Shown: positions 1-13,172, counted from the first letter of the stretch. The stretch: DNA of 64,000 nt from Marsupella aquatica (GCA_973895155.1 OZ316896.1:3386738-3450737), one strand, 5' to 3'. Notes: generated from the letters alone by a model not told the origin. Made by a program: numbers and translations.

Positions 1-71
1 CGCAACAATGCAAAGCAACAATGGCGGGGGGAAAAATAGAATTGAGCAGCACACATTGGGGCTGGGCAATG

Positions 72-3000
72 TGTGGTGCGTCCCATGGCTCCCTAAACCC
101 AAGAAACCCCCCAGCTCAAGCCGATTCCCGCAGGTTTCGTGCTTGGCGAGGCCGTTTCCGCGGCTTAGCGGCATGGGACGCTGCTAACCTTCTACTACTA
201 CTATTAACATTTTACACACATATACTGGACAGATCCTTCATCGGGTCATGAGATACGTAGCCGGCCTAATATAGGCCTTCCCCTGTCTTCCCCTGTCTTC
301 CCCTCCGTCTTGTTAGATATGTTTGGATTCCGCCGCCGGAATGATCCCCAATAGGCTTGGTTAAGCCGCTAAGACCTCTCTCAGCTCGACACATCCAACT
401 CTCACTCCCCTGCTTACTTTCCTTCCTTCTGTTGATGTGGGCACTCTTCACACAAGTTAATGCGACACACAAATAGCAAAATGACTCATTCTGACTGAGT
501 CATACCATGCACTTGCCATACAAACAGTACATCTCATACACAAGTTCTGCGAACTAAGCCGTGAGGCCAACTCTATTCAGCTCTTAGGCATGAGGAAACA
601 TGAATATACACAAGGGTCACTGTATGACTAACCGAGAGCTTCTCGTACTACTTGATCCCAGCCCGGCTGGTGCAAACTAAAAACTTGCTAAAGAAGAGGC
701 CCTGAGCTCCCCGCTGCCCAGGTACTTATCCTGGTAGTGGATCCGCCATTCTTTGCATCGTAAGCCTAATCTACTTAACAGTAATCTACTTGCCCGAATC
801 TACCTATGTACAGCAAGGCAGGAGCACAAGTGTTGCTCCTACCAGTGGGACCGCAATCCCACTAAGCTAAGTGTCAGGGCCGCTCCTGGTTCTGATCCTA
901 ATCCTAAACGTGGAGATCCGCGCCCGCCCTGCCCACTCACGCCTCCTCCCTCCACGTCCGCCCTCCCTAAAAGGAACGGCGCCCTTGCACCGTCACGACA
1001 CCGGTGGTGGATCCTTAATGGACGCCCCCAACGCTTCCTCCTCAGCCACTGCCGTAGGTTCATTCTCTGACAGATTACCTGCCCTTGACTGAGTCAACTC
1101 TCCATCGGCCTGACTGGGTCCACCTTCGGCTTCAGCCTCGACACCGGCCTCGGCAATACCCACGGCTTCGGCCTCAGCCACTCCCTCGGCTTCGGCCTCC
1201 CCTTCCCCTAGGGTAGTTGGATCCCTAGCCGTGACCCTGTCTGGGGTCGGTGCTGGGTCTACCTCCTTGATCACCACGGCCTGTGAAGTCGTATTACTCC
1301 TTGACCCTGAAGGTTTCCGCTTCTTCTTCGTTGGTGGCTCGGCAGCTGGTCCCTTCCCCTTCCCACTTACTTCCGGCACTGGTGCAGGTGGCGCGGCTTG
1401 TCCTTCGGCAATTACCACCTCTGGTAACTGGTTTGTCCCAACGGGAGATGGACCTGCTGCAGCTAAGCATTTAAATACTGCGGCTTGTTTCTTCAGCCGC
1501 TCTGTTTGGTTGTCGGCCCGCCGCTGTAGGTTCTCCATCTTCCTCGTGATTTCCTCCAACTCCTCTTGGGTTCATCCAGGTCCTTACGTGCCCCCTCCAG
1601 CTCGTTTTTGGCCTCCTCCTGCTCCCTGTGGGCTTCCTCCAATTCCTTCTTCAAGGTAGCCCTCTCCTCCTGGGTTGCTCTTAGCTCCTTGTCGAGCTCT
1701 GCAATGATGACAGACTCCATCTGGTTCATCTTGGCGTAAGTCTATTCGAGCATCTCGTCCTTCTCCCTTAGGTCGGCCTTGAAGCTGGCCGTCAGGGACG
1801 CAAGCTCCTGCTGCAGCGCCATAATCCCTTGATAGGATTTCCCTAACTCGGCCTCCTTCTGCTCAAGGGCTCCGCGGATTTTCTCGAGCTCCCCCTTCAA
1901 CGCCCATTCCTTTCTTTGGGTCTCCGCCATGGCCCGGCTGTTGGTTGTTATGTGGGCCTCCTCTGTATTCTTCAGCTCTCGCTTCCACTTCTCCCTCTCT
2001 TTGATCGTGTCGGCCAACTCTCCCTGCGTCTGAGTCAGTTTATCCTTGATATTCTGATTATCAGCCTGCGCGGTGTCCAACTGCCCCTGCATGATGTTCA
2101 GCTCATGCCGTTTAATCCGCAGTTCATCTTGGGCTTTCTTGGCCGCCCTTAGATCTTCAATCTCGGCTTCCATCCTCCTAAGCCGCCGAATGACCTCATC
2201 CTTCTTGCTTCTCTCTAAAGCCACCGCTTCTTCTAATTGGTGCTTCTCCAACTGCTCCCTATGGAAAAAGGGTCCTACCTCCAACTCCTCTCCAAAGATG
2301 CCGAGCGCAAGTTCCCCACACATCTCACCATACTCCATGGCTCTATTCTTAGCGTAGGTGGAGTAAGTAGAAGTGATCGGCATCGCCCATCGCGGCCTCT
2401 GCTCCCAAGCCGTCTTGCGGATCTCTTCAATCGTGGCTAGAGGTTTGCTTCCTTTTTCGGCTAGCCGCCTGATGTCCTCCGGCCAATCTCCTCCTGGTAA
2501 ATCCTTTTCCCTAGCCAGGGCTGCTTCTTGGTATCAACTTTGGTCTTATTGCCTATCGGCAAGCCAAACACTTCGGCAATTACCTTGGGAGTAAGATAGA
2601 AATCCTTCCCATATATCCTCGTGCAATTGGTCTCGGGTTCCCATGACCCCACGAATTCTAATAGGTCTGACTCCGGTACCTCCGGCTTCAGCCATGGTAA
2701 TCTTACAAAGGCCTCTAAGCCGGATCCGGCCATGAAGCCTTGGTACTTCTTGGTCTGCATGGCCGTAAAGCATGCATCCTCCTCCCGTGCAAAATGTAGT
2801 TGCACCTCCACCGGTAGGGTTGCCGCCCAGCCCTTCCAGGTGTCATCCCTGGTTGGAATGGCCTTGATGGGATCGACCTCCTCCTCTTCAGCTTCTCCCT
2901 GCCTCCTGCTCTGTTGCTCGGCTGGCTTCTTTGGTGCCGCCGACCTCGTTCTTTTTGTCGGGGTGGCTTCATCGTTGACGGCTCCCTTCCTCTTCATCTC

Positions 3001-3727
3001 TGCTGCTGTGGAGGTTTCTCCTAGCACCGTTGCCTGGGTCCACCTTTCCGTGCTACCCTTTAATTCCCAGTGTATGTCATTGCAGTTCTTGATGGCTTCT
3101 CGGATGCCGACGACGTTGTCTTTGCAAAACAGAAGATCGTCAAGTTGATTGGAAGTAGGCGTCCACAGGAACTCGTCCTTGATGAGTTCGCCTCCTAAGA
3201 AAGCCGTCTTCTACAGCTCCCACAATCGAGCGAGCTCCTGCCGTTATCGAGCTGCCCTTTCTGATTCCTCGTCCTCGTAAGTCTTGATGTACTCAGTTGC
3301 CCGTTCGAACAGGCATCCCCAGAAATGTGCCGCTTGATTGACGTTGCTCATACCCTCCTTAGGTCGATCGTCAGTATCTACTCTCTCCCCGAGTGCTTGC
3401 CTAAGCAGCTGACAGTAGTTGGCCTCCCGTAGTCGTCTGCCTAGTTCGTGCTCGCAAATGAGCCACTATCTCCTGCAAGCGCTCCTTACCCCTCTCCTCT
3501 GCCAGTCCTTCTTCCCGTTGATCCTTCCTAGCCGCCGACGCTTAACGCGCCCTAACCCTAATCGAGTTTTCACCCTCAGCGTCCTTACCTCCGGCCTCGG
3601 CCCGGGTTCCATGGTTGCCCCTAATTGTTTATATTTTCCTTGTTTTGTCCCTATACTAAGGTGTTCCTAGGGTGCCTTCCTGCTTTACCCACTTAACTGG
3701 CCGAGTGATTCCTGTCTAGGCATCACA
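72..3727 (-). mobile_element. Solo/chimeric giant gypsy LTR with a ~982-bp internal deletion
   Basis: Starts TGTGGTGCG and ends GGCATCACA like the LTRs at 27242-31866 and 38092-42726. Lacks the segment equivalent to ~29688-30669. Left flank ends CAATG but right flank is GGGAG, so there is no TSD. Confidence 0.93.
993..3611 (-). pseudogene. Disrupted copy of the LTR-encoded large ORF
   Basis: ORF fragments 2461-3027, 1742-2383, 1493-1729 and 993-1559 match the proteins at 28153-31751; broken by in-frame stops and the deletion. Confidence 0.88.
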
Positions 3728-5580
3728 GGGAGCAAAAGATGTCGAGATGATAAAAGAAGTTAAGGAGAAAAAAAGACGTCGAGGAGAGAAAAGATATCGA
3801 GGTGAGAAAAGGATGTTGAGATGATAAAAGAAGTCGAGGAGATAAAATATGTTGAGGAGAGAAAAGATGTCGAGGTGAACAAAAGATGTTGAGGTGATAA
3901 AAGAAATCAAGGAGAGAAAAAGATGTTGAGAAGAGAAAAGATATCAAGAAGACAAAAAATGTAGAGCTAGGTGAGAAACACATGTCCAGGAGAGAAAAGA
4001 TTTTGAGAGAAATAGATGTTGAGATGAGAAAAAAATTGAGGAGAGAAAATATGTTGAGGTGAACAAAAGATGTCAAAGGAGAACAAAAGGTGTTGAGCAA
4101 AAAAAATGTAAAGTAGAGCAAAAGATTTTGAGGTGAGAAAATAAATTTGACAATTTTTCCACCCTTACTTGCGAATGGAAGGGGCAAGATGAAGCCTCTC
4201 CCTTCTCTTTTCCCATACATATCCCGCTTAGTTCCCCTTTCCCCTTGCCTCTTCCCCTCTTCATTTTGCTTCCCAGGCTTTCTTTGGGATGATAAAAGTC
4301 CAATTTTGTAAGATGATTGCGGTGAAAAACCATAGGAATATTTGTCATAGTTTATGGGTGTGAAATCCTCATTATCTTGGCACAATATATATACAAATAT
4401 AAGTATTTGGGGGGATAAAAATCCTAAATTATCCCCCTTTCTCCCATTCTTCTCTTTTCCCCACCTTTTTAACATGTCTATGCTTGAAATTTTTCCCTTA
4501 AATTATTTTGTTTTCCTTTTATCTTCTCCCTCCCCTTTTTTTTCTAAACCCAGCCATTTTCTCTCCAATATCCCATCATCTCTCATGAACACAATTATCA
4601 GTTTTACATTCTAGTACAACCTATAATCATGGTACTTTCAAGTACATTTGTCCTTCTTGAAGGTGTACCTGAGTCTTTTCTCTTTGTGCATGTACTCTAA
4701 GCAAGTGTACGTGAGCCTCTACCATACCAATTAGTGTCAGATAGGAGAGGCAATGTGATAGTGTTGCTTGCATCTAAGAGTGATAAAAAACAATATTTTA
4801 AATGGACAATTAGAATTGGATCCTGCTTTTTTAATTTTTGTGAGTAGACAAAACCCAATAATGGCGGGATAGCATATTACAGAGTTAGATGGAAAGAACC
4901 TCACCATCACTCATGATTCATAAACTAAATGTCGAGGCAACTCATACTGCTGTAGTGTTGTAGCCCAATGCTTGTGTGTTGCACAAAAGATTTCAAGGCG
5001 GGAAAAGATAGCAAGGTGAGGAAAAGAAGTTGAGGTTAGAAAAAGATAATTATCAAGGAGAGAAAAGATGGCAAGGTGAGAACCCGGGTGAGAAAAAGAT
5101 GCAAAGATGAGGAAAATATATCAAGGAGAGAATAGATGTCAAGGGTGAGGAAAAAATGTCTTTGTGAGATAAAGATTCCAAGGTGAGAAAAGATGGCGAG
5201 GTGAGGAAAAGAAGTCGAGGTGAGAAAAATATATCGAGGAGAGAAAAGATGGCAAGGTGAGAACCCGGTGAGAAAAAGATGCAAAGATGAGGAAAAGATG
5301 TCTTGGTGAGATAAAGATGTCAAGTGAGAAAAAGATGGCAAGATGAGAAAAAGATAAGATGTCAAGGTGAGAAAAGATCTTGAGGAGAGAAAAAGATGAT
5401 GACAAGGGGAAAGTTGTCAAGGGTGGGAAGAAAATGTTGTGGTGAGATGAAGATGTCGATGTGAAAAAAGATGTCAATGCAAGGTAAAGACTTTTAAGGA
5501 GAGAGAAATATGAAAAGGCAAGAAAAATCAAGAGAAAAAGGTGTCAAGGCAAGAAAAGATGTCGAGGTGAGGCAAAAACA
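3728..5580. repeat. Degenerate purine-rich minisatellite (~19-bp AAAAGATGTCGAGGTGAGA-like unit) in two blocks, ~3735-4140 and ~4985-5580
   Basis: Many imperfect copies such as aaaagatgtcgaggtga and aaaagatgttgaggtga. Confidence 0.8.
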
Positions 5581-6420
5581 TAATTGTAAGCTTTGCGATA
5601 TAGTTGTTGAGACATTTTATGTGTGATCCCGACCATACAGATTGTGTGGTCATGTTCAATACCCGTGTGTTGCACTTAAGATGTTGTGTAAACGATGTCA
5701 TTGCATAAAAGATGTGGAGAGCGTGAGCTAAATATATAGATGATGGTAATCGAGGCACATGCATTTGCACAACGCTAGGTCTAAGGTGACATCCCCACTC
5801 CTCCTCATGGCCTCCTGGCCCCCCTCCTCCCGCTCTCCTCTTCCAAGGCTGTCCCTTTTCTCTCCTTTTTCCCTCTTATTCCTTACTTAATTTCTTTACT
5901 GTATTTTCATCTCCACTTGCTCCACTTTGTCTCATCCCTTCCACCTAGGTACTTATGGGTGGTAACACAATATATATTTAGCCCCTCACCCATGGGTGCA
6001 TCAATTAATTTCCCCTCCCTACTTTGAACTCTATGGCTTCTAGTCTTGTCCCCTCATAATGGTGTCCCAAGTGCCCCTATCCCAATGACAACACATGGCA
6101 CCCAAGTGCCCCCATCCCAATGACAACACATGGCACTCACAGAGAGCCTATGCCATATCTCCTTATGCCATATCTTTCTCCTAGAGAATCTAAGTGGTAT
6201 ATCAAAATACTTGTTTTGTCTCCTTTGGATACCAAAGTTGTATGGTTGTTCCCGTAACTCAGTCCTTACGGCCAACTTGTAACTTGTTCCATCCGTATTT
6301 TGAGACAACCTATTGTAGTACTTGTTGTCAGTAGTGGAGGATTTGTGGAGGGTTTAATTTGTCTAGATGCCGGAAATAGAGGCATTCATGGAATCTAGTT
6401 TGGCAATTTAAAGTCCATAC

Positions 6421-6930
6421 AAAGCAAAATGAGTGTAGAGAAATTGCTTTACATTAGAAGCTAGAATGTAAGCCAAAATGTGTCAGGTCTAAAGATAATA
6501 ATACAAAACCCTATTTGGAAAGGGCACTTGAGTACATTCTCTTCTAAGTTTTTGACATTGTCTTTGATTCCATCCAAAGCAAAATGAGTGGGGAGAAATT
6601 GCTTTACATTAGAAGCTAAAATGTAAGCCAGAGTGTGTCAGGTCTAAAGATAATAATACAAAACCGTCTTGTCATTAGAAAGGGCACTTGAGTACATTCT
6701 CTTCTAAGTTTTGACAAACGTATAAGAAAAACATACCCACTAGCAGATGAATAGGATAGTTCAGGGTTTTGCCTTCAAAAGAAAGTGCTTGTTCAAAGTG
6801 TTGTTACTATGAAAATGTTATCTGCAGAAAAGACCAGCAAGTGGCCCACTAGCATATGAGTAGGATAGTTCAGGGTTTTGCTTTCAATGAAAGTTCCTGT
6901 TTAAACCGTTGTGGTTGTGAAAATGTTATG
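6421..6930. repeat. Two local tandem duplications (~155-bp and ~110-bp periods)
   Basis: aaagcaaaatgagtg...cttctaagttttgaca at ~6421 and ~6576; cccactagca.atga.taggatagttcagggttttg at ~6736 and ~6845. Confidence 0.75.
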
Positions 6931-8148
6931 AGTTGGAACTTGCACTAATAAATGGTTGCAAGGTAAAAGTAGCATGGGGGAGTAGAATGATCCTGATATG
7001 AAAATGTTATCATTAAAGCATCTCAAAGGCTGGAGTTAACAAGATAAGGCCCTCCCATACCTCCAATATTATAGGAACTGCCGTAAAAGTTAGGGAGTTA
7101 AACTTCAGTTACCAGGAAAGCCCATGGGCTGAACACTTAACCTGTAACTTTCCCACACCTGCACGGAAACTGTTACGTGTGTAGCTAGGAGAATCATTGA
7201 AACGGTCTTTGCATAGAGGATCTCAAATTGGAACATGCTGCTCCACTTGAGAGATTTCTGATTCCCATTGTTTGTCCCTGGCTCCGTGTCGTTAATTTAA
7301 TCGTTATCGGGCGTAACTACATTACGTACTGTAGAAGGACATAACTTTTCATAATGCGTAAAGTTTTCTACCTTGTTCAGATTAAAGTTTGAGGAAGCTT
7401 AGAAAAGAAGTCAACAATCCCCCCTCTGGTAATCACACATCAAAATGTGTTGCATTCATTGAACATCAAAATGTGGCTCTATTCATTGATTGAAAGAAAA
7501 AAAACTAGGGTTATCACACTTTGCAGGGGTGTCATACATAGTATATGTCAGAATTACCGAGACCCCAACAATCCGCAAAGAACAACTTGACCCGAACGCT
7601 GTGAGGAAGCTTCCAAAGCAGGCGGCAGGAGGAGTAAATGTCTTTGCAAAGTTATATTCATGGTGGTAATTCTAAAAGTCCAGCACGTTTTCAGGTTGTA
7701 TAATTCTCCCATCTGGACCCCATCTGGAATCAAGGCCAGATCGACCCCACTGCGATCTGAAAAGAAGTCAATCTGGACGAATTTGTGGCACTGACTGTTT
7801 CATGCATTTCCACTTTAATCACTCTATCACGGTACCACACATTCAACTGTTTCATGGACGACGCGGAGGTGATCGAGATTCCTGACGATATCAGTAATTG
7901 ATGAGGTAGCCTTTGATGAGCCTTTGCGGCATATGTTTTACATTTTTTATGAAACCCAATAACTCGGATCGCAGCAGCCTAGCTTCTCAATCACAGAAAC
8001 TGGAAGATGTAAAGGGTTTGATGGCTAGCCAGGCAAGCTCGCTGGAAGCTAGCCTTGAGTTCTCCAATCCACGATCACACTGCTGTACCCTCAGCACGAA
8101 TGAATGTCACCGCCCAAATAATTATGGAAGCAAGAGGACAGTGGCATT

Positions 8149-8405
8149 TGTCGTTTACCTCTTTTGTTGATCTCCTGTTATCTTGACACCTGTTTTAGTT
8201 TAGACTCTACGCTACCCCAGGCGCGCCCCCACTGGCTTTTCACCTGGAGTTTTTTACTTTTCCCCTTCTGCCTTTTCCGGGGAAAAAATCTTGATGTCCA
8301 TTTTGACATCTATTTGTTCTCTCTCTTGAATGAAAGCAGTACGCATTATTTTCATTCCATCTTTTGTGCAAGAGTTTTTCCTGTCGATCACGACTGTCAA
8401 TCACA
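8149..8405 (+). repeat. Copia 5' LTR (257 bp)
   Basis: TGTCGTTTAC...AATCACA, preceded by GCATT. Confidence 0.93.
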
Positions 8406-8416
8406 GGTTATGGGCC
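8406..8416 (+). promoter_or_regulatory. Primer-binding site for a half-molecule initiator tRNA-Met
   Basis: GGTTATGGGCC abuts the LTR and is complementary to the tRNA-iMet anticodon arm (GGCCCAUAACC), not to the CCA end. Confidence 0.85.
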
Positions 8417-8559
8417 AGTTGAAGTCTACAACACTCTTTCACGACTAATCCGTGCATTCTAGTCAGAGTGATTTCCTGTCACTAAGCAGTAGTTCTTGCT
8501 GGTTTCCGCTAGTTTTTTCTGCATCTGGATCTAGTTTTGCGTCACTATTTTCATACACC

Positions 8560-11500
8560 ATGCCTTCCAATTTCACGGGAGGCTACAACATTCATTTGGT
8601 CCCCCACCTTCTAGGTAGTTCTAACTACAAATCTTGGAAACGTAACATCAGTGCAACTATTCGTGCATCCGGTGTCTGGAAATACATCGATGGCACTGCC
8701 ATTGCTCCTATCCAACGCCCTGCCGAACTTGATTATGTTTTCCAAGAACGACTTGATACTCATGATCTTAAGGAAGCGCAGGCCAGGAATATAATTCTTT
8801 CCACTTGTTCTGAAAGCATTCAGTTCTCCCTCGATCATGCTACAACTGCTTAGGAATGCTGGACTAACCTGGCTGATGCCTTCGCTTCTGAAGGAATTAT
8901 CCAGAAATTTGACGTTTGGGCACATTATGCTAGAATGCTTTATAATGGAGAACCGATAGAAGAATACTGCAATACGTATCGATCAACATTGGAGCGTGTT
9001 CAGAGTGTCGGTATTAAGCTTGATGATGACATCAAACCTTTACATTTTATAAGCAATGTAGAACGTCACTTTTCAAACTGGTCTTTCTCTAAGCGGGAGC
9101 AGATGCGCACTTCACCGAAGACACTTCCATCTCTTGCTGCTCTTATTCGTGACCTTACGGACGAATGTTGGCGATTGAATTTGGAACAGGACAATGCATT
9201 ATCCTCTTCTGTTTTCCAACTCCAGACTACTTCTTCATTTCCTAATCCTCCAGTTGTTTCTCCGTCACCTACCGTATCCTCATCTTCCAAGAAACCTTTG
9301 AAACGTGATACCTGTATTTTCTATAGCATTCCTGGTCATAGAGATGATCGTTGTTTTTACAAACACACACATATCAGGCCTGAAGGCTGGCAACCTCATC
9401 CCAGCATTTTAAAACGATTACAGACCCGTGTCCCTGCTAATCATTCTATACTCAGTGTTGCCTCTTCCTCCGTTCCTTCTGTCTCTACTAATACTCCGAC
9501 ACATCTTCATGATGAAGAGACTGTGGATCTTTTCTCTGGCAACCTCCATGTTGCATTTAATCATCAGTTAACCCCTGGTCTCCATCTTGACGTTTGGATT
9601 GCTGATTCGGGCGCTAGTCATCATTTTTGTAACAATCGCGCTAGTTTCACTACGTACACTCCTGATCCCCTTCCAATCAATACCGGTTCAGGATCTACTA
9701 TTTCCCCTGGTCGAGGCTCAGTCGTCCTTCAAATACAGCAATCTGATGGTTCTTCCAAGGAAACAGAACTTAGTAATGTTCGATACATGCCATCCAGTTT
9801 TCTTAACACCATTTCTGAAGATCTGCTTGAGCAATGCTGTATTTTTTGGAACGGTGAACTTCAAAAGTTCATTCACTCTCCTACCGGTGATGAATTTGCT
9901 ACCATCAAGAAACATAATGGCCTGAAGACTTTCACGATTTTACCAGTTACTCAGTTGGCAATGTCTTCTCATTCACAGTCTGATGATATCAATATTTGGC
10001 ATCGAAGATTGGCACACCTTCATCCGGCTGCCATTCATACTCTTCTTCAACGTCTTCATATTACACTTTCTGATTCTACTCCATTTCGACACTGTGAAGT
10101 ATGTGCTTTGGCCAAGTCTACTCGGATTATTTCATGATTTCCACACGCTCGTGCTACAGCCCCGTTTCAAAAGGTTCATTTCGATCTTTGCGGCAAAATT
10201 TCTACTCCTGGCATTGGTGACAAGCATTATTTTCTTGTCATTACTAATGATTTCTCTCGTAACCGGTGGACCACGACTTTGACTTACAAGAATGAGGCAT
10301 TGGCGCTGATTCAAAAGTTTTTTCAAATGGTAACTACTCAATACAAATCTTCTATTCTTGAAGTCCATCTTGATAATGGTCTTGAATTTGGCGGCAATCA
10401 GCTAAAGGATTTTTTGGAACACCAAGGCGTACACATTTTCAACTCTGCTCCCTATCATCACGAACAGAACGGGATTGCTAAACGCGCCATTGGAGTTATT
10501 TCTGCTAAGGCCCGAGCCATGATGATTGACTCTCATCTTCCCAAATTACTTTGGCCAGAAGCGTTTCTGACGGCAACATACCTTGCTAATCACTCACCTA
10601 CTTCTGTTAATCCTCTATCTGAGCCTCCTGCTTCTCGCCTTGCTACCGTTTTACACCTTCCTTACGTTTTCCGTTTTGACCGGCTTCATGTTTTTGGTGC
10701 CCTTGCCTATGTTCATATTCCTCCTGAGACTCGTCTCCGTGGTGACAAATTTATTGCTCGGGCCAAAAAAGGTTACTTCGTTGGTTATGCCACGGGTCAA
10801 AATTTTTGTATCTGGTTTCCACATAATTCCTCCATTATTCAATCCGCTTATGTGCATTTTGATGAAACATCTGAGCGTGATTCGTGTTTTCAAATTCCTA
10901 AGTCTACAGTTTCTTCTTCCCCTGATTATGTGGAGATTTTTGTCCCTTCTTTTGTTCCCCGACTTATTCGTCCGTCTGATAATCTTGACATTGGAACACC
11001 TCACCAATCACTTCTTCCCATTATTCCTCCTCCTCTTGGTACTCCGCCACTTGAGGAACTACATGCAGATTTGCAGGCCACTCCCGTGATCACCCGTGTT
11101 TCTTCTCGATCCAATAAAGGTGTTCCTCCTGTTCGTTTTCGAGATACATCTGTTATCTCTCAGCCTTCTCAGTTACTTCTACATCAACACCTCCTTATAA
11201 ACACTCCGCCAACTCTCCTTTACTCTTATCATAGTGCATTGTTTTCCACTTTTCCCTCAGATGTTCCCAACACTCACACTCAAGCTATGGCAAGGCCCGA
11301 TGCTGCTCACTGGAGAGAAGCTGAATTACGAGAAATCAATCAGCTCCACAAACTCAAAGTGGCTCATCTAGTACCACTACCTGCTGGTGCTCGTCTGTTA
11401 CCATCCCGATGGGTCTACAATCTTAAGCGTGACGGACTTTACAAAGCACGTTTTGTTGTTCGAGGGGATAAGCAACGTCCTGGAATTGATTACGATTCTA

Positions 11501-12827
11501 CTTTTGCATCTGTTGTCCGGCCTGAGACTTTCCGCACTATTCTGGCACTAGTCACCATGCATAATTATGAGGCTCATAGCTTTGACGTAGTCACGGCTTT
11601 TATCTATGCCTTACTGAAGTCACCGACACCAATATACGTCAGGCCTCCACCTGGATACGAGACATATGATGCTAATGGTGCCATGCTTGTATGGCTACTT
11701 ATTCAAGCTCTTTACGGTCTTCGACAATCTGCTCGAATGTGGTATCATGAGATTGTGGAATATGCCGCTACTTTTGGTTTCATACCACTTCCTTCTGATC
11801 CCTGTGTCCTACAAAATTCTGTTGGGGAGCTAATCGTCCTTTGGGTTGATGATTTAATTTTTGTCTCACCAACCTTATCTGGAATCCATAACATTCGTGA
11901 CAAGCTCACTGCTCGTTATGAACTCAGAGACCTTGGTGAGTTATCTGATTATCTGGGCATGACCATTACCCGAGATCGTTCCCATGGCACTCTACATTTG
12001 GGTCAAGCGCCTTACACTCTTAAGATCCTGCAACGATTTCATCTTGATTCTAGTTTACCTCTTACTTCTCCAAGCACAGGTACTGATGATCTCCATCCAC
12101 ATCTCAAGCGACTGATAATGATAGGCAACGCTATCAATCTATGATTGGCTCCTTGCTTTATCTTGCAGTCTGGACTCGTCCCGACATTGCTGAACGGTGT
12201 TCCAAGCTTGGGCAATTTGCTCATAATCCGGATTTGACTCATGAAAGTGCACTTCGATCAGTTTTTCGATATCTCAATACCACTCGACAGCTGGGCCTCA
12301 CTTTTGGTATCCACGATTTTTCTGGTTTGGAGATCCATTCTTTGGGATTTTCTGGATTTTCCGACGCTTCTTTTGCAGACAATATCTCAGATCGAAAATC
12401 CACTAGCGGCTATCTTTTTAAACTTGGCGATGGCTCTATTTCTTGGAAATCTCGAAAGCAACCGATAACTGCAACGAGTTCTATTGAATCTGAATACTTA
12501 GCTTATTCTCTGGCTTGTAAAGAAGCGGTGTGGCTGCGCCAGTTACTTTTCGACTTACGTTATACTCTGGCTGATGCCCAGCGTGTTATTCTCTATGGTG
12601 ACAACCAACCAGCTATTTCTCTCACATACAATCCCGAGCATCATTTCCGCACTAAGCACATTGGAGTTCAGTGGCATTACATTCGTGAGCAAGTCAAAGA
12701 TGGTGTGATTGAGATGAAATACCTATCTACTGCTCTTATGCCCGCAGATGGTTTCACAAAGCCCCTCCAAGGGCTTAAATTTGCTAGATTCGTAGAGATG
12801 CTAGCTTTACAGTCTTTGCCTTCGTAG
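8560..12827 (+). pseudogene. Copia gag-pol polyprotein, disrupted
   Basis: Gag (NYKSWK...GVWKYIDG), protease WIADSGASHH, GAG-pre-integrase WHRRLAH...CEVC, integrase DNGLEF/EQNGIAKR, RT KARFVVRG/WVDDL, RNase H FSDASFA/DNQPAI. In-frame stops at ~8851 and ~10135; frameshift near 12100-12140. Confidence 0.93.
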
Positions 12828-12860
12828 CAGACATTCGTTTTTCAGAAGATCTGAGGGGTC

Positions 12861-13172
12861 TGTCGTTTACCTCTTTTGTCGATCTCCTGTTATCTTGACA
12901 CCTGTTTTAGTTTAGACTCTACACTACCCTAGGCACGCCCCCACTGGCTTTTCACCTGGAGTTTTTTACTTTTCCCCTTCTGCCTTTTCCGGGGAAAAAA
13001 TCTTGATGTCCATTTTGACATCTATTTGTTCTCTCTCATGAATGAAAGCAGTACGCATTATTTTCATTCCATCTTTTGTGCAAGAGTCTCTCTTGAATGA
13101 AAGCAGTACGCATTATTTTCATTCCATCTTTTGTGCAAGAGTTTTTCCTGTCGATCACGACTGTCAATCGCA
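12861..13172 (+). repeat. Copia 3' LTR (312 bp, with a 55-bp internal tandem duplication)
   Basis: Matches the 5' LTR; tctctc...gcaagag (55 bp) occurs twice; followed by GCATT. Confidence 0.93.

Larger units (their letters stand above)
8149..13172 (+). mobile_element. Full-length Ty1/copia LTR retrotransposon, coding region decayed
   Basis: LTRs 8149-8405 and 12861-13172 (TG...CA), 5-bp TSD GCATT on both sides, PBS GGTTATGGGCC right after the 5' LTR, purine tract before the 3' LTR, domain order gag-PR-INT-RT-RH. Confidence 0.96.

Noticed and set aside
753-3670. Plus-strand ORFs repeated in each giant LTR
   Set aside because: Antisense shadows of the GC-rich minus-strand ORF; recurrence only reflects LTR identity.
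3723-5531. Phe/Ser/Leu-rich ORFs of up to 250 aa on the minus strand
   Set aside because: Translations of the purine-rich minisatellite; no domain signal.
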